The position numbers and the translations under genes were made by a program. Below, piece by piece: positions 18,335 to 27,082 of a stretch of DNA of 61,758 nt; the first letter of the stretch is position 1, and every line of letters starts with the position of its first letter. Source of the DNA: an uncultured Polyangiales bacterium. Its GTDB lineage: Bacteria; Myxococcota_A; Polyangia; Polyangiales; DASUME01. The DNA lies in assembly GCA_964515685.1 (NCBI GenBank), contig CAZEWA010000003.1, forward strand, positions 1-61,758, given 5' to 3'. The notes below the pieces were generated by a model that was given only the letters and a program-made list of their open reading frames with translations, was not told the DNA's origin and searched no databases.

Positions 18335-19976
18335 GCTCCAGACGCAGCCCGATCAACATCGGCGCGCTCAGCGGTCCGACTGCCTGGCCGTCAACTTCCG
18401 TGACGGTCATGCGCAAGGAATACACGCGCGCGGGCTTCAAGGGCAGCTTGATGCGCAGTGCGTGGGGGGAGGAGGGGTAGACTTGGTTGAAGATGGAGTC
18501 CTCCCCGAGCTCCCCATCCGGCAGCTCCGTGACATCGAAGATCTCCAAGCGCATCTTGGCGATCATGAGGTTATCGAAGATGAGGAAGTGCTCGCGCTCG
18601 CGCGGCGAGGTGGCGAGGGTGTAGTAGGCGTACTGGTTCTCCACGCCATCCATATCACGGCCCACGCGCCCCTCGCGCGGCACATCAGGCAAAAGCGGCA
18701 GCGGATAGCGCGCACTCCCATCGGAGATGCGCTCCAGGGTCAACACATAGTCGTTGGGCTGGTCGGCGTAGTTTGGCGAGATCGAGATCGTGTAGGACGC
18801 GCCGCGTACCAAGGGGGGTGTGTGCAAGCGTGATGGATCAGACGCCTCCGGTCTGCTGAGCTTCGTGCCGAATGAGCTGTAAACTTCTGCGTAATGACGC
18901 GCATCCCTTTGGGTCTGCCGCAGTGAGATGGCGTAGCTGCCGGAGTCGGGTGGAACGAAGGCAAGCGACAAGCCTTTGCCGCTTGTGGCGGGCAAGGTGA
19001 AAGTCTGCTCGCCCGAGCAGGCTTTGGGCGCGTCGTCGCTTACGGAGGGCACGCATACGTAGCGCGTCCAGCTGAGTGCGGGATCTTGACGCATCATCGG
19101 CGGCGCGCTGTTGAACGTGTTCAGCAGGTGCTCGCGCGCCGTTTCATAGAGAGTCATGGAGGCCTGTTGCTGGATGCGTTGCAGCGTTATTACCCTGCTG
19201 GGCTCATCGATCTTACCATCCAAAGCAAAGTCGTTGAGCATCCCCTCATAGGCGCTCCCGGTCACGTCGCTGGCCAAGAATGCGGCGGAGAACCACAGTA
19301 AGTTGCTGTCATCGGGTGCGCGTGTCTCATCGCCGTCGGCGTGCAAGAGATCGAGCTGTTCGACATGATGACGGGTCTGAAACAGCTCGCTCAGCTCGGC
19401 GCGCGCCTGCTCGCGCGCTTGTGTGATGTTGGCGACGTCGCCATCGGATAAGAGCCGCTGCACGCGCCGCATGGCGAACGGCGTGAGCAGGTTGATGCTG
19501 CCACGCACGCGGCCGTTCTCGACAGGCGCGAACATGCTCAAGTGCATGCCCTGCAACTGTGCGAACTTCCCGGTGACTTCGTTAAACGAGCGCCCTTCGA
19601 TGGTCACCTCCGCCCACGCTGCGTCATCGGGTAAGCGGTCGACGATGAATCTGCCGAAGGCGTCTACCTGACCGTACGTGGGCTCGCCATCGCGCTGGGC
19701 ACGCTCGTCGAGCGCGTAGATGCGCACCATCGCGCCATTTTGGAAGGGGCCTTTCTGAGCGCTGCCTTGCAAAAGCGAGGTCTCTGCGGTGACGGGCTCG
19801 CCAGAATCGGGATCGGTCGTAGGCGGTGTCGTCTGCGCGTCTTCGCCCGCATCCTCAGCCCCGCCCGCGTCCGCTCTTGCGCTCTGTTTTCCGCCGCCGC
19901 CCTCGGCCCCACACGCACTCATCGCCAGGGCACAACCTACTGCCCAGAGTGCGGTTCGTGCACTTCGTTGTATCAT
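18324..19976 (-). CDS. Lipoprotein of unknown function (upstream partner of the putative OM protein)
   Basis: 550 aa. Lipobox LAMSAC, acidic linker. There is an 11-nt overlap with the downstream ORF. Confidence 0.65.
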   Translation of the reverse strand: MIQRSARTALWAVGCALAMSACGAEGGGGKQSARADAGGAEDAGEDAQTTPPTTDPDSGEPVTAETSLLQGSAQKGPFQNGAMVRIYALDERAQRDGEPTYGQVDAFGRFIVDRLPDDAAWAEVTIEGRSFNEVTGKFAQLQGMHLSMFAPVENGRVRGSINLLTPFAMRRVQRLLSDGDVANITQAREQARAELSELFQTRHHVEQLDLLHADGDETRAPDDSNLLWFSAAFLASDVTGSAYEGMLNDFALDGKIDEPSRVITLQRIQQQASMTLYETAREHLLNTFNSAPPMMRQDPALSWTRYVCVPSVSDDAPKACSGEQTFTLPATSGKGLSLAFVPPDSGSYAISLRQTQRDARHYAEVYSSFGTKLSRPEASDPSRLHTPPLVRGASYTISISPNYADQPNDYVLTLERISDGSARYPLPLLPDVPREGRVGRDMDGVENQYAYYTLATSPREREHFLIFDNLMIAKMRLEIFDVTELPDGELGEDSIFNQVYPSSPHALRIKLPLKPARVYSLRMTVTEVDGQAVGPLSAPMLIGLRLELGP

Positions 19977-20172
19977 CGCTCTCGGTCCTCCATATCACTC
20001 ACGCTCTGTGCGCAGCACGAAAGCATAAGCCGATTTGGCGCCTTTGGAGCGTCGATTCATGCTCGCCGCGCCAGATTTGTAGGGGACCTCAAGTACGAAT
20101 CGCCATTCTGGCCAAAAATAGTGTGGATTTTCGCCCCACGTTTTATCTGTTGGCGAACAACTTCAGAAACGC

Positions 20173-20215
20173 TTGACTATTGCATGCGCAGCAGTGCATA
20201 TGCATGGTCATGCAT
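20173..20215 (+). promoter_or_regulatory. Putative ArsR promoter/operator: TTGACT followed by TGCAT-rich palindromes
   Basis: TTGACT at 20173-20178. TGCATG at 20181, the perfect palindrome TGCATATGCA at 20195-20204, then TGCATG at 20201 and TGCAT at 20211, overlapping the likely start codon. ArsR/SmtB regulators usually autoregulate through such inverted repeats. Confidence 0.35.
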
Positions 20216-20557
20216 CTAGATGCTTTCCAGGCGCTCGCCGATCCGACGCGTCGCCGCATCGTCGAGGCTCTGCGCGATGGTGAGCAGCAAGTCGGTGACG
20301 TCGTCGAGAAAGCTGGCATCCACCAGTCCGGTGTGTCGCGACATCTCCGCATCCTCTCCGAGGCGGGCTTCGTGTCGATGCGGCCGGATGGGCAGCACCG
20401 TTTGTACGCGTTGAAGCCTGAGCCATTCCGGGAGCTCGACACGTGGCTCTCCCAGTATCGAAGGCTGTGGGAGGCGCGACTCATTCGCTTTGAATCCGCG
20501 CTGGAGAAGAAGCAACAGCAAGCTCGGCGAGCCAAAAAGAGGAGCAAGCGCACATGA
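20204..20557 (+). CDS. ArsR/SmtB-family transcriptional regulator
   Basis: Winged-HTH signature FQALADPTRRRIVEALRDGEQQVGDVVEKAGIHQSGVSRHLRILSEAGFV. I prefer the ATG at 20204 or 20210; the track uses TTG at 20180. Confidence 0.9.
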   Translation: MVMHLDAFQALADPTRRRIVEALRDGEQQVGDVVEKAGIHQSGVSRHLRILSEAGFVSMRPDGQHRLYALKPEPFRELDTWLSQYRRLWEARLIRFESALEKKQQQARRAKKRSKRT

Positions 20558-21048
20558 CCAACGAGAACAAGACGCGCAGTCAGGCGACGGTCGTCATCGA
20601 GCGTACCTACCGTGCGAGCATCAAGGACGTGTGGGATCTTTGGACCACGAAAGAAGGCTTTGAGTCGTGGTGGGGGCCGCAAGGTTTTCGCGCAGAGGTG
20701 CACGAGATCGATGCGAGCGTCGGTGGCGCCCTTCGCTACGACATGATCGCCGATACGCCGGAGACGATTGCCGCCATGAAGCAGATGGGCCGGCCGACGT
20801 CGCACCCGGGCCGTTCCCGCTTCACCGAGCTTACGTCTCAGAAGCGACTCGTACTCACGAACGTCATCGACTTTCTTCCTGGCGTCGCGACCTACGAGAG
20901 CGATATCTCAGTGGCCTTCTTCTCGGTAGGCGACTGCGTGCGCATGGTGGTCACGCTGGACGCAATGCACAGCGATGAATTCACGAGGATGCAGGAGGAA
21001 GGCTTTACCAACCAGCTCACCAAGCTCGACGAACGGTTCGCGTCGTAG
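20554..21048 (+). CDS. SRPBCC-superfamily protein (Aha1/activator-of-Hsp90-ATPase-like domain)
   Basis: 164 aa. IERTYRASIKDVWDLWTTKEGFESWWGPQGF. ATGA overlap with the ArsR gene. ArsR plus SRPBCC is a common gene pair. Confidence 0.85.
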   Translation: MTNENKTRSQATVVIERTYRASIKDVWDLWTTKEGFESWWGPQGFRAEVHEIDASVGGALRYDMIADTPETIAAMKQMGRPTSHPGRSRFTELTSQKRLVLTNVIDFLPGVATYESDISVAFFSVGDCVRMVVTLDAMHSDEFTRMQEEGFTNQLTKLDERFAS

Positions 21049-21091
21049 GTAGACGACGGCGCCATCGGGCGGTAGACGACGGCGCCATCGG
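21048..21091. repeat. Perfect 21-nt tandem direct repeat GGTAGACGACGGCGCCATCGG x2 (period 23)
   Basis: Copies at 21048-21068 and 21071-21091. The first begins in the TAG stop of the SRPBCC gene. GGCAGCCTGC is also duplicated at 21090 and 21110. Confidence 0.9.
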
Positions 21092-21399
21092 CAGCCTGCA
21101 CGGGTCTCTGGCAGCCTGCTGGGCCTCGTTCAGGGGGACACGGGCTCTGCGATGACGCGCTGCGCCAGTTACAGCGTCGTTGTCCTCACTCTCAGAGCAG
21201 GTACCGCCACCCGGTTCCAGGGGCCGTGTCGGGAGAGCCCGTCGGAACTAAAGATGATAGGTCCTGCGAGTGCTATCGCAAGCCGTCAGATGCCGGCTGC
21301 GCCGTGCCCTCTGGGGAGGCTTGATTCTTCTCGATCGTCTGTACATAGTTTGGGGGCGGCTGGTCGTATATATGCCCCTCACGCGGAAGGTACTGCCTC

Positions 21400-22194
21400 T
21401 TGGATGAGTCACTGCGGAAATTGATTCGCACGATGCAGAGCGAGTTTTCTTTCTTGAAGGAAGCTAAGGACTTCGTTTACCGCATCCAACGACGACTGCT
21501 CACGAGGCCGCACGAGCACGAGTTCCGGGCGCTGAAGTTCATTCCGGACGACCTGCCCGGTTCCTACGTCGATATCGGAGCCAATCAGGGCCAGAGCATC
21601 GAGTCGATCAAGAAGGTCAAGCCGAAGGCGCGGGTGTACTCCTACGAGGCCAATCCGCTGCTCGCCGAAAAGCTTCAAAAGCGGTACCAGAAGCGCGACG
21701 ACATCAGGGTGTTTGCGTTTGGTCTCGGCGATGAGCCCAAGAAAATGACGCTCTTCGTTCCGGTCTACAAGGGCTTCGTCTACGACGGAGATTCCTCCCT
21801 GGACCCTCAGATGGCGTCGGCTCTGCTCACACCCGAGCGCCTCTACTGGTTCAACCCGAAGCAGGTGGAGCTCCGGGAAGTCGGCTGCGCCATCGAGCGC
21901 CTGGACGAGCAGAACCTCGATCCGGTGTTCATCAAGATGGACGTCCAGGGGTACGAGTCGCTGGTCGCGAGGGGAGGGATCGAGACCTTCAAGCGCTGTG
22001 AGCCGGTCCTTATGGTCGAACGGGTGTACGACCACACGGAACTGATGAGCATTCTCGATACGCTGGGCTACGAAGAGTACCTGTTCGACGAACACGGATT
22101 CTATCCCGGCAGTGCGCCCCACGCGCTCAACCAGATCCTGATGACGCCGCGGCGCGCCGCCGAGGTGCGTCGCTCGGCCGCTGCTTCCGCTTGA
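21400..22194 (+). CDS. FkbM-family SAM-dependent methyltransferase
   Basis: 264 aa. YVDIGANQGQSI SAM-binding motif and FIKMDVQGYE. The start is uncertain (TTG at 21400 or ATG at 21433). Confidence 0.75.
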   Translation: MDESLRKLIRTMQSEFSFLKEAKDFVYRIQRRLLTRPHEHEFRALKFIPDDLPGSYVDIGANQGQSIESIKKVKPKARVYSYEANPLLAEKLQKRYQKRDDIRVFAFGLGDEPKKMTLFVPVYKGFVYDGDSSLDPQMASALLTPERLYWFNPKQVELREVGCAIERLDEQNLDPVFIKMDVQGYESLVARGGIETFKRCEPVLMVERVYDHTELMSILDTLGYEEYLFDEHGFYPGSAPHALNQILMTPRRAAEVRRSAAASA

Positions 22195-22220
22195 GCGGCT
22201 CCTGGGCTCGCGCGGCGGGC

Positions 22221-23900
22221 TCAGCGCCGCTTGTATTCGCGGTCGGCGTCGAGTGCCTTGCGCGTCGTGGTGGCGCCGCGGTTGAGGACGGCCTGTGAAG
22301 CCTTGCGGTCGCTTGCGCCTGCGCCATTCGAGACGTTGTACGCAACGACGCCGCTGTCGTTCTCGGTCGTGCTAGGCGCCTCGCTGTTGTCGCTTGCTGT
22401 GTAGTGCTGACTGCGCGCGGGGATGTCGGTTCGGAATTGGTAAGCCGCGTCAGTCGGCTTCAGGTTCCAGGCCGCTTCCGGGTGCGCGGAGACCAGGGAG
22501 AAGTACTCGACCAGCGATCCATCGAAGTACACCGTGGGGTAGCCGAGGATGTTCAGCGCGGCGAAGCCGTTGACCTGGACCTCGAAGTTGGTGCGGCACT
22601 GGGAGATGATGACTTTGGTCGCCTTGTCTGCGGGCGCGTAGCCAGCGGCCTCAAACACATCTGCGAGGGTCGCCTTGTCCTTGTACTTCCAGTTCCCAGC
22701 TCCGGCGTCGACCAGCAGATCGGCCCAGGGGAAGCTCGTGGCGCCCTTCACGTGTCCTTCGAAAGGCACGTAGCTCTTGGCCTGGCCTGTTGCGTCGTGG
22801 CTCGGTGCGCCGGTGGAATTCCAGGCGGTGGTGATGAACTGGCCTGGGTGAGTATCGAAGAACGCAGCCGTGGGGGTCGTGCGGTTGTACTGGGCCGTGG
22901 GGCGTGCATCGATGATCCACTGCTTCGTGAAGCCGTGGACGGCGTTCGTCGCCGCTAGGTTCTGGTCCACGGCCTTCAGAAAGGCCTCGAGCGAAATCGT
23001 AAGGTTGGTGTTGTCCACGCGCAGATCCGCTACCGAAAAACCGCCATTCGAGATGGAGCCCTCGGGCGTCTTGGTGGTGGACAGGGCGCCTAGGTAGTTC
23101 TGCTTGAGGGTGCCGTTCAGGATCGCCAGCTGGTCGATGGCGGCGCCCCAGTAGCGCAGCCAGTACACAGCGCGCGTGAGGTCCTGGAAGAAACCGCCAT
23201 TGGGTGCGGCGTTTTCCCCCGCGGCAAACACGACGAAGTCCCGGCTCAGGTCGATGCCGTAGCTGGCAAGCCAGGCGTCCGCCGTGGGCCCGCTTGCCTG
23301 ATAGCGCACCGAGTTCGAAATGAGGCCTGTGTCGCGCGTCTCGTTGAAGCGGAAGGCATCGAGCTCGTAGGTGTACACGCCATTGGCGGGACTCGACGGA
23401 ACGTAGTTTTCGCCGGCGGCGCGGTTGGCTGCGTTGAGCTGCAGCACAATCAGCTTCGCGCCTTCAGGTAGGTGCGCAGGTCGTCCGTTGGGAGCGGCGG
23501 CTGCTGCGGCGCTGTCCTTGGTGGCCCAGCTCGTGACGTAGGCTTCCAGGGTGGACGCCTCGATCAAGCCCCAACGATTGTGCGCGTAATCTGCTGCGGA
23601 AATGTTGGGCAGCGTAGAGACCGCGCTGACGGGCGGCAGACTCGGCTCGGGGGTCGGCTCGCCACTGTCAGGTTGACCCGCGTCAGGTTCGCCGCTGTCC
23701 GGTTGTCCACTATCCGGCTCGCCGCTGTCCGTCAGGTCTCCTGCGTCGGACTGGTTGCCGCCGCCGTCGTCTGCGTGCGCACCGCTGTCGATTTCTGTGC
23801 CGTTGTCGTTCGACGCTTCGTCCGCGCAGGCGTGCAGCCCGAGCATCGCTGTGAGCACTGCGAGTACGACAACCGTTCGCTTTTGTCTATCGATCCTCAT
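22221..23900 (-). CDS. Lipoprotein with tandem rhodanese-like domains (paralog A; Cys loop CRTNFE)
   Basis: 559 aa. Lipobox GLHAC, a DSGEP/DSGQP pentapeptide linker, rhodanese-type blocks RAVYWLRYWGAAIDQLAILNGT, WIIDARPTAQY, FEGHVKGATSFPW, VIISQCRTNFEVQVNGFAALNILGYPTVYFDGSLVEY. Confidence 0.7.
   Translation of the reverse strand: MRIDRQKRTVVVLAVLTAMLGLHACADEASNDNGTEIDSGAHADDGGGNQSDAGDLTDSGEPDSGQPDSGEPDAGQPDSGEPTPEPSLPPVSAVSTLPNISAADYAHNRWGLIEASTLEAYVTSWATKDSAAAAAAPNGRPAHLPEGAKLIVLQLNAANRAAGENYVPSSPANGVYTYELDAFRFNETRDTGLISNSVRYQASGPTADAWLASYGIDLSRDFVVFAAGENAAPNGGFFQDLTRAVYWLRYWGAAIDQLAILNGTLKQNYLGALSTTKTPEGSISNGGFSVADLRVDNTNLTISLEAFLKAVDQNLAATNAVHGFTKQWIIDARPTAQYNRTTPTAAFFDTHPGQFITTAWNSTGAPSHDATGQAKSYVPFEGHVKGATSFPWADLLVDAGAGNWKYKDKATLADVFEAAGYAPADKATKVIISQCRTNFEVQVNGFAALNILGYPTVYFDGSLVEYFSLVSAHPEAAWNLKPTDAAYQFRTDIPARSQHYTASDNSEAPSTTENDSGVVAYNVSNGAGASDRKASQAVLNRGATTTRKALDADREYKRR
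23655..23744. repeat. 15-bp in-frame tandem repeat (about 6 units) encoding the DSGEP/DSGQP/DAGQP linker
   Basis: Units start at 23655, 23670, 23685, 23700, 23715 and 23730. They lie inside rhodanese-like paralog A. Confidence 0.85.
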
Positions 23901-23925
23901 GCGCGTTTTCCTTGTTCTGGATGGG

Positions 23926-25446
23926 TCACAGGCACGCGTTTTCGCCTCCGCCTACAGGCGGAAGCGCTGGTGGCGTGCGTTTGTAGTTAAGGTCCACTTG
24001 CTGCACGCGATCCGTGCGCTCGGGCGCGGTATCGAGCAACAGCGGCATGATGCAGGTATTCGTGTCTGCCCAGAGCGTGCTGCCTTCTGTCAGGCTCCCG
24101 AACACATCGGTGCGCCACGGATTTTCAGCAGGCAAAAGCTGCAGTCCGGCTGTCGGATGCGCGGCATTCAGCGCGCCCCACTCGAGGAACGAGGCCGCGT
24201 ACCAGCGTGCCTGTGCCCCCGTCACAGCGAGTAATGCGAAGGTCACAGCAGCGCTGAAACCTTGGTCGCCATCGTACACAATGGCCGTTTTGCTGGGGGC
24301 TATGCCTGCGTTCGCGAAGGCCAAATCGAGCTGAGCCAAAGGCCGAATGGTGTAGTCCACGGGGTCGATGATGGCGTCCCCGGCGAGATGGACGGCGCCC
24401 TTGATACGGCCCGAGAAAGAGGGCGTGCAGTGAGGTGCTCCGAGGCGGCAGGTGTTGTCGACCGGACTTGTTCCGAGGACGCTGCCTGCATACTCGGCTT
24501 CCGTGCGGACATCTACGAGCGTATCTTTGCCGAGCGCGTCGCGTACGGCTCCCACATCGGCGAGCAGAACGAAGTGTCGGTTGATGAGGTCTGATACACG
24601 AGCCGTCCCATCGAAACCAGGCGCATCAGGAAACGCTTGCCGATTCGCAGCCGGAACGTCGGCATCGACCGAGCCATTGTGGAGCCCCAGGAAGGCGTGC
24701 TCCGCACCCCAGTAGCGCAGCGTCAACCATGCCCGCGCTACCCCCCCTAGGGCGTGTTCGGAGCTTTTTCCCACGGTCAGGAGCACGAAGTCGTGGTTGG
24801 GGCGCACGTCGTGCTTGCGCAACCAGGTGTCGATGCGGGTGCCGTTGGCGGGCACGCTGCCCACGGCCGTGAGGCCATTGCTGCGAGGCTCGAGAAAGAA
24901 GCGTAAGTCCGCCCCGTCGTACACGCGCACGCGCCGCGTGACTTCGACGCCGCCTTCGTGGCGAGCGCTGAGGGTACCTTTGATGAACTTGCCCGGCTCG
25001 CTCGCCGCGTCGAGCTGAACTATCACGAGATCGCCCGGAACTTCGCTGGGGCGAGTGTTCGCCCAGTCTTCGAGCCACGTCAGCAGTCTGCTGGTCGCGA
25101 TGAGTCCGCTCTGATTGTCCGCGTAGTCTGGAGCCGAGCGCACGGCGAGCGAGCTGGGCGTCGCAGGCTCCACCGCGTCCACAGGATGCGCGGGACTTGC
25201 CGCATCAGGCTCGGCATCTGCCGGGGGGGCCGCTGCGTCGCTAGCTGCGTCAGACAACGGGCCTGCATCGGGCACGGCGTCGCCTCCGTCTGGATCGTCC
25301 ACGGTGCGCGCATCGGGCGTGGGTTCTGCGTCGAGGTCACGTGGGGACGCCGACTCCTCGTGGCACGCACCAACGAACCAGAGGGGTAAGCAGAACAGCG
25401 CGAGTGCAACGCCGGAAATGGGGCGTACGAAGGCGATGGTTGTCAT
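23926..25446 (-). CDS. Lipoprotein with tandem rhodanese-like domains (paralog B; catalytic Cys replaced)
   Basis: 506 aa. Lipobox FVGAC, acidic/Pro linker, RAWLTLRYWGAEHAFLGLHNGS, LVDVRTEAEYAG, FSGRIKGAVHL. The loop position reads AIVYDGDQGFSAAV, with Asp in place of Cys. Confidence 0.7.
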   Translation of the reverse strand: MTTIAFVRPISGVALALFCLPLWFVGACHEESASPRDLDAEPTPDARTVDDPDGGDAVPDAGPLSDAASDAAAPPADAEPDAASPAHPVDAVEPATPSSLAVRSAPDYADNQSGLIATSRLLTWLEDWANTRPSEVPGDLVIVQLDAASEPGKFIKGTLSARHEGGVEVTRRVRVYDGADLRFFLEPRSNGLTAVGSVPANGTRIDTWLRKHDVRPNHDFVLLTVGKSSEHALGGVARAWLTLRYWGAEHAFLGLHNGSVDADVPAANRQAFPDAPGFDGTARVSDLINRHFVLLADVGAVRDALGKDTLVDVRTEAEYAGSVLGTSPVDNTCRLGAPHCTPSFSGRIKGAVHLAGDAIIDPVDYTIRPLAQLDLAFANAGIAPSKTAIVYDGDQGFSAAVTFALLAVTGAQARWYAASFLEWGALNAAHPTAGLQLLPAENPWRTDVFGSLTEGSTLWADTNTCIMPLLLDTAPERTDRVQQVDLNYKRTPPALPPVGGGENACL

Positions 25447-25465
25447 GGCGCGACCCTGCGAATGT

Positions 25466-27082
25466 TCAGGGCTGCGCGAGCTTGTAGGCGCGGTCGTCGA
25501 TCACGGACTGTGAGGCCGTGGTCGAGGCGGGCACGAGTAGGATGGGCGTATCGCTGATGTCCGCGTCGAGGTTATAGTTGGGGCCGTCGATCCAGCCGGT
25601 GATCGTATGTGCGTCGGGATCGAAGGGTAAGCCAGGCGTGTATCCTGTGACTGTGGCGTGCTCGGTGAACGTCGCCAGATCGGTGCGATAAGCAGAAGCT
25701 TCCGGCAAGGTCTGGGTCTTTGCCGTCGGCCCATAGGCTAGGTGCGACCACTCGATGAACGACGTGTCATAGAATCGTGTCGGATAGCCGAGGATCACTG
25801 ACGAGACGACGCCGGTCACCATGGAGCGCACGTTCGTGCGGCAGTACTGGACCACCACGTTTCCTGTTTTGTACTCCGACTGCGTGTCGAAGATGTCCTT
25901 CACGGTGGCCTTGCTGAAGAAGCGAAAGCCGTTCGCGGAGGTATCGAGGAACTGGGTCCAGGGCACGCTGTATGCGCCCTTGATGCGCCCTTCAAACAGC
26001 GGCGAGCAACGCGTGTTGGCACCGGAGTTGTCGTAGCTCGGGCAGTCGGTCTTGCCGGTGGAGGTGGACTTCAAGAGGCCCAGGGCTTCAGCGCCGCCTC
26101 GCGCATCTACAATCGTGGTCTTGTTGCGTGGTGTTGCGCTGGCTGCGTTCTTCAACGTACCGAGCAAGCCGTCGAGCGTGATCACAAACTGCGTGTTGTC
26201 GGTGCGCAGCTCTCGCACGGATACGCTGCCGTTGTTGGGAGGCGTGGCCGGCACGTCGGTGGACAGCACAAGCTCTTCGTTTGCGCTGTTCCAGTTCACG
26301 CTGCCGTTCAAGAGTGCGATGCGGTCCTTCGCGTAACCCCAGTAACGAAGCAGCAGCCAAGCTCGGGCTGCCTGCTGCACGATGGCGTTGGCCGTGGCGG
26401 GCGCGGCTCCAACAGCGGGCAGTTGCTCGAACGTGACGACGACGAAATCCTGGAGCGCGTCGATACCGTACTTTTTCAGCAGCGTATCGGCGCTCTCACC
26501 ATTGGGAATCTCCGCTTCGATCTGGGAGAGACCATTGTTGCGCAGCTGCGTGAGCTCGCTTTGTGCGACCAGGTAAGAGACTACGTTCGTGCCGTCGCCT
26601 GCCACGTGGGTCTGTGAGTTGGCTACGTTCGGTACGACCTGCAGCACGACGAGCTTGCCGGTTACACCTGCGGGTCGATTGGCCGGCCAGTTGCTGATCC
26701 AGTTGGCCAGGGTTGCACCGGTGATGAGACCGTGCTTGTTGTCTGCATAGTTGTCGGCAGAAACATCGGCCAGTTCTGCAGGGGTCGCAGTCGGCAGCAG
26801 ATCGACATTCGCATCGGGCTCTTCGCTAGCATCGAACTCCTCGCTAGCATCGAGCTCCTCGCTCGCGTCAGGTTCGACCGCTGCATCGCTGCCTGCGTCG
26901 AGCTCTGCGTTCGCATCCGTATCGGATGCCGCATCCTTCGTGTCGTCCACGCCGGAATCCGCGACGGGGTTATCCGAGGGCGAGCTTGTATCATCGGAGC
27001 ATGCGCTGAGGAGGAGCGCAGACGCCAGAAGGAAGGAACCCATACCTGCGGACCGCTCAAGCCGCCTTACTCTGCGCGTCAT
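25466..27082 (-). CDS. Lipoprotein with tandem rhodanese-like domains (paralog C; Cys loop CRTNVR)
   Basis: 538 aa. Lipobox LLSAC, a DASEE hexapeptide linker, RAWLLLRYWGYAKDRIALLNGS, FEGRIKGAYSVPW, VVVQYCRTNVRSMVTG...FYDTSFIEW. The start may be the ATG at 27043. Confidence 0.7.
   Translation of the reverse strand: MTRRVRRLERSAGMGSFLLASALLLSACSDDTSSPSDNPVADSGVDDTKDAASDTDANAELDAGSDAAVEPDASEELDASEEFDASEEPDANVDLLPTATPAELADVSADNYADNKHGLITGATLANWISNWPANRPAGVTGKLVVLQVVPNVANSQTHVAGDGTNVVSYLVAQSELTQLRNNGLSQIEAEIPNGESADTLLKKYGIDALQDFVVVTFEQLPAVGAAPATANAIVQQAARAWLLLRYWGYAKDRIALLNGSVNWNSANEELVLSTDVPATPPNNGSVSVRELRTDNTQFVITLDGLLGTLKNAASATPRNKTTIVDARGGAEALGLLKSTSTGKTDCPSYDNSGANTRCSPLFEGRIKGAYSVPWTQFLDTSANGFRFFSKATVKDIFDTQSEYKTGNVVVQYCRTNVRSMVTGVVSSVILGYPTRFYDTSFIEWSHLAYGPTAKTQTLPEASAYRTDLATFTEHATVTGYTPGLPFDPDAHTITGWIDGPNYNLDADISDTPILLVPASTTASQSVIDDRAYKLAQP
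26819..26872. repeat. 18-bp in-frame tandem repeat (3 units) encoding the DASEE(L/F/P) linker
   Basis: CTCTTCGCTAGCATCGAA / CTCCTCGCTAGCATCGAG / CTCCTCGCTCGCGTCAGG. They lie inside rhodanese-like paralog C. Confidence 0.85.

Noticed and set aside
23655-23744. Short tandem repeats (also 26819-26872, and the 9440-9660 region), considered as possible CRISPR or minisatellite loci.
   Set aside because: The units are 15-18 bp, contiguous with no spacers, and in frame inside lipoprotein genes. They encode acidic linkers and are not CRISPR arrays.
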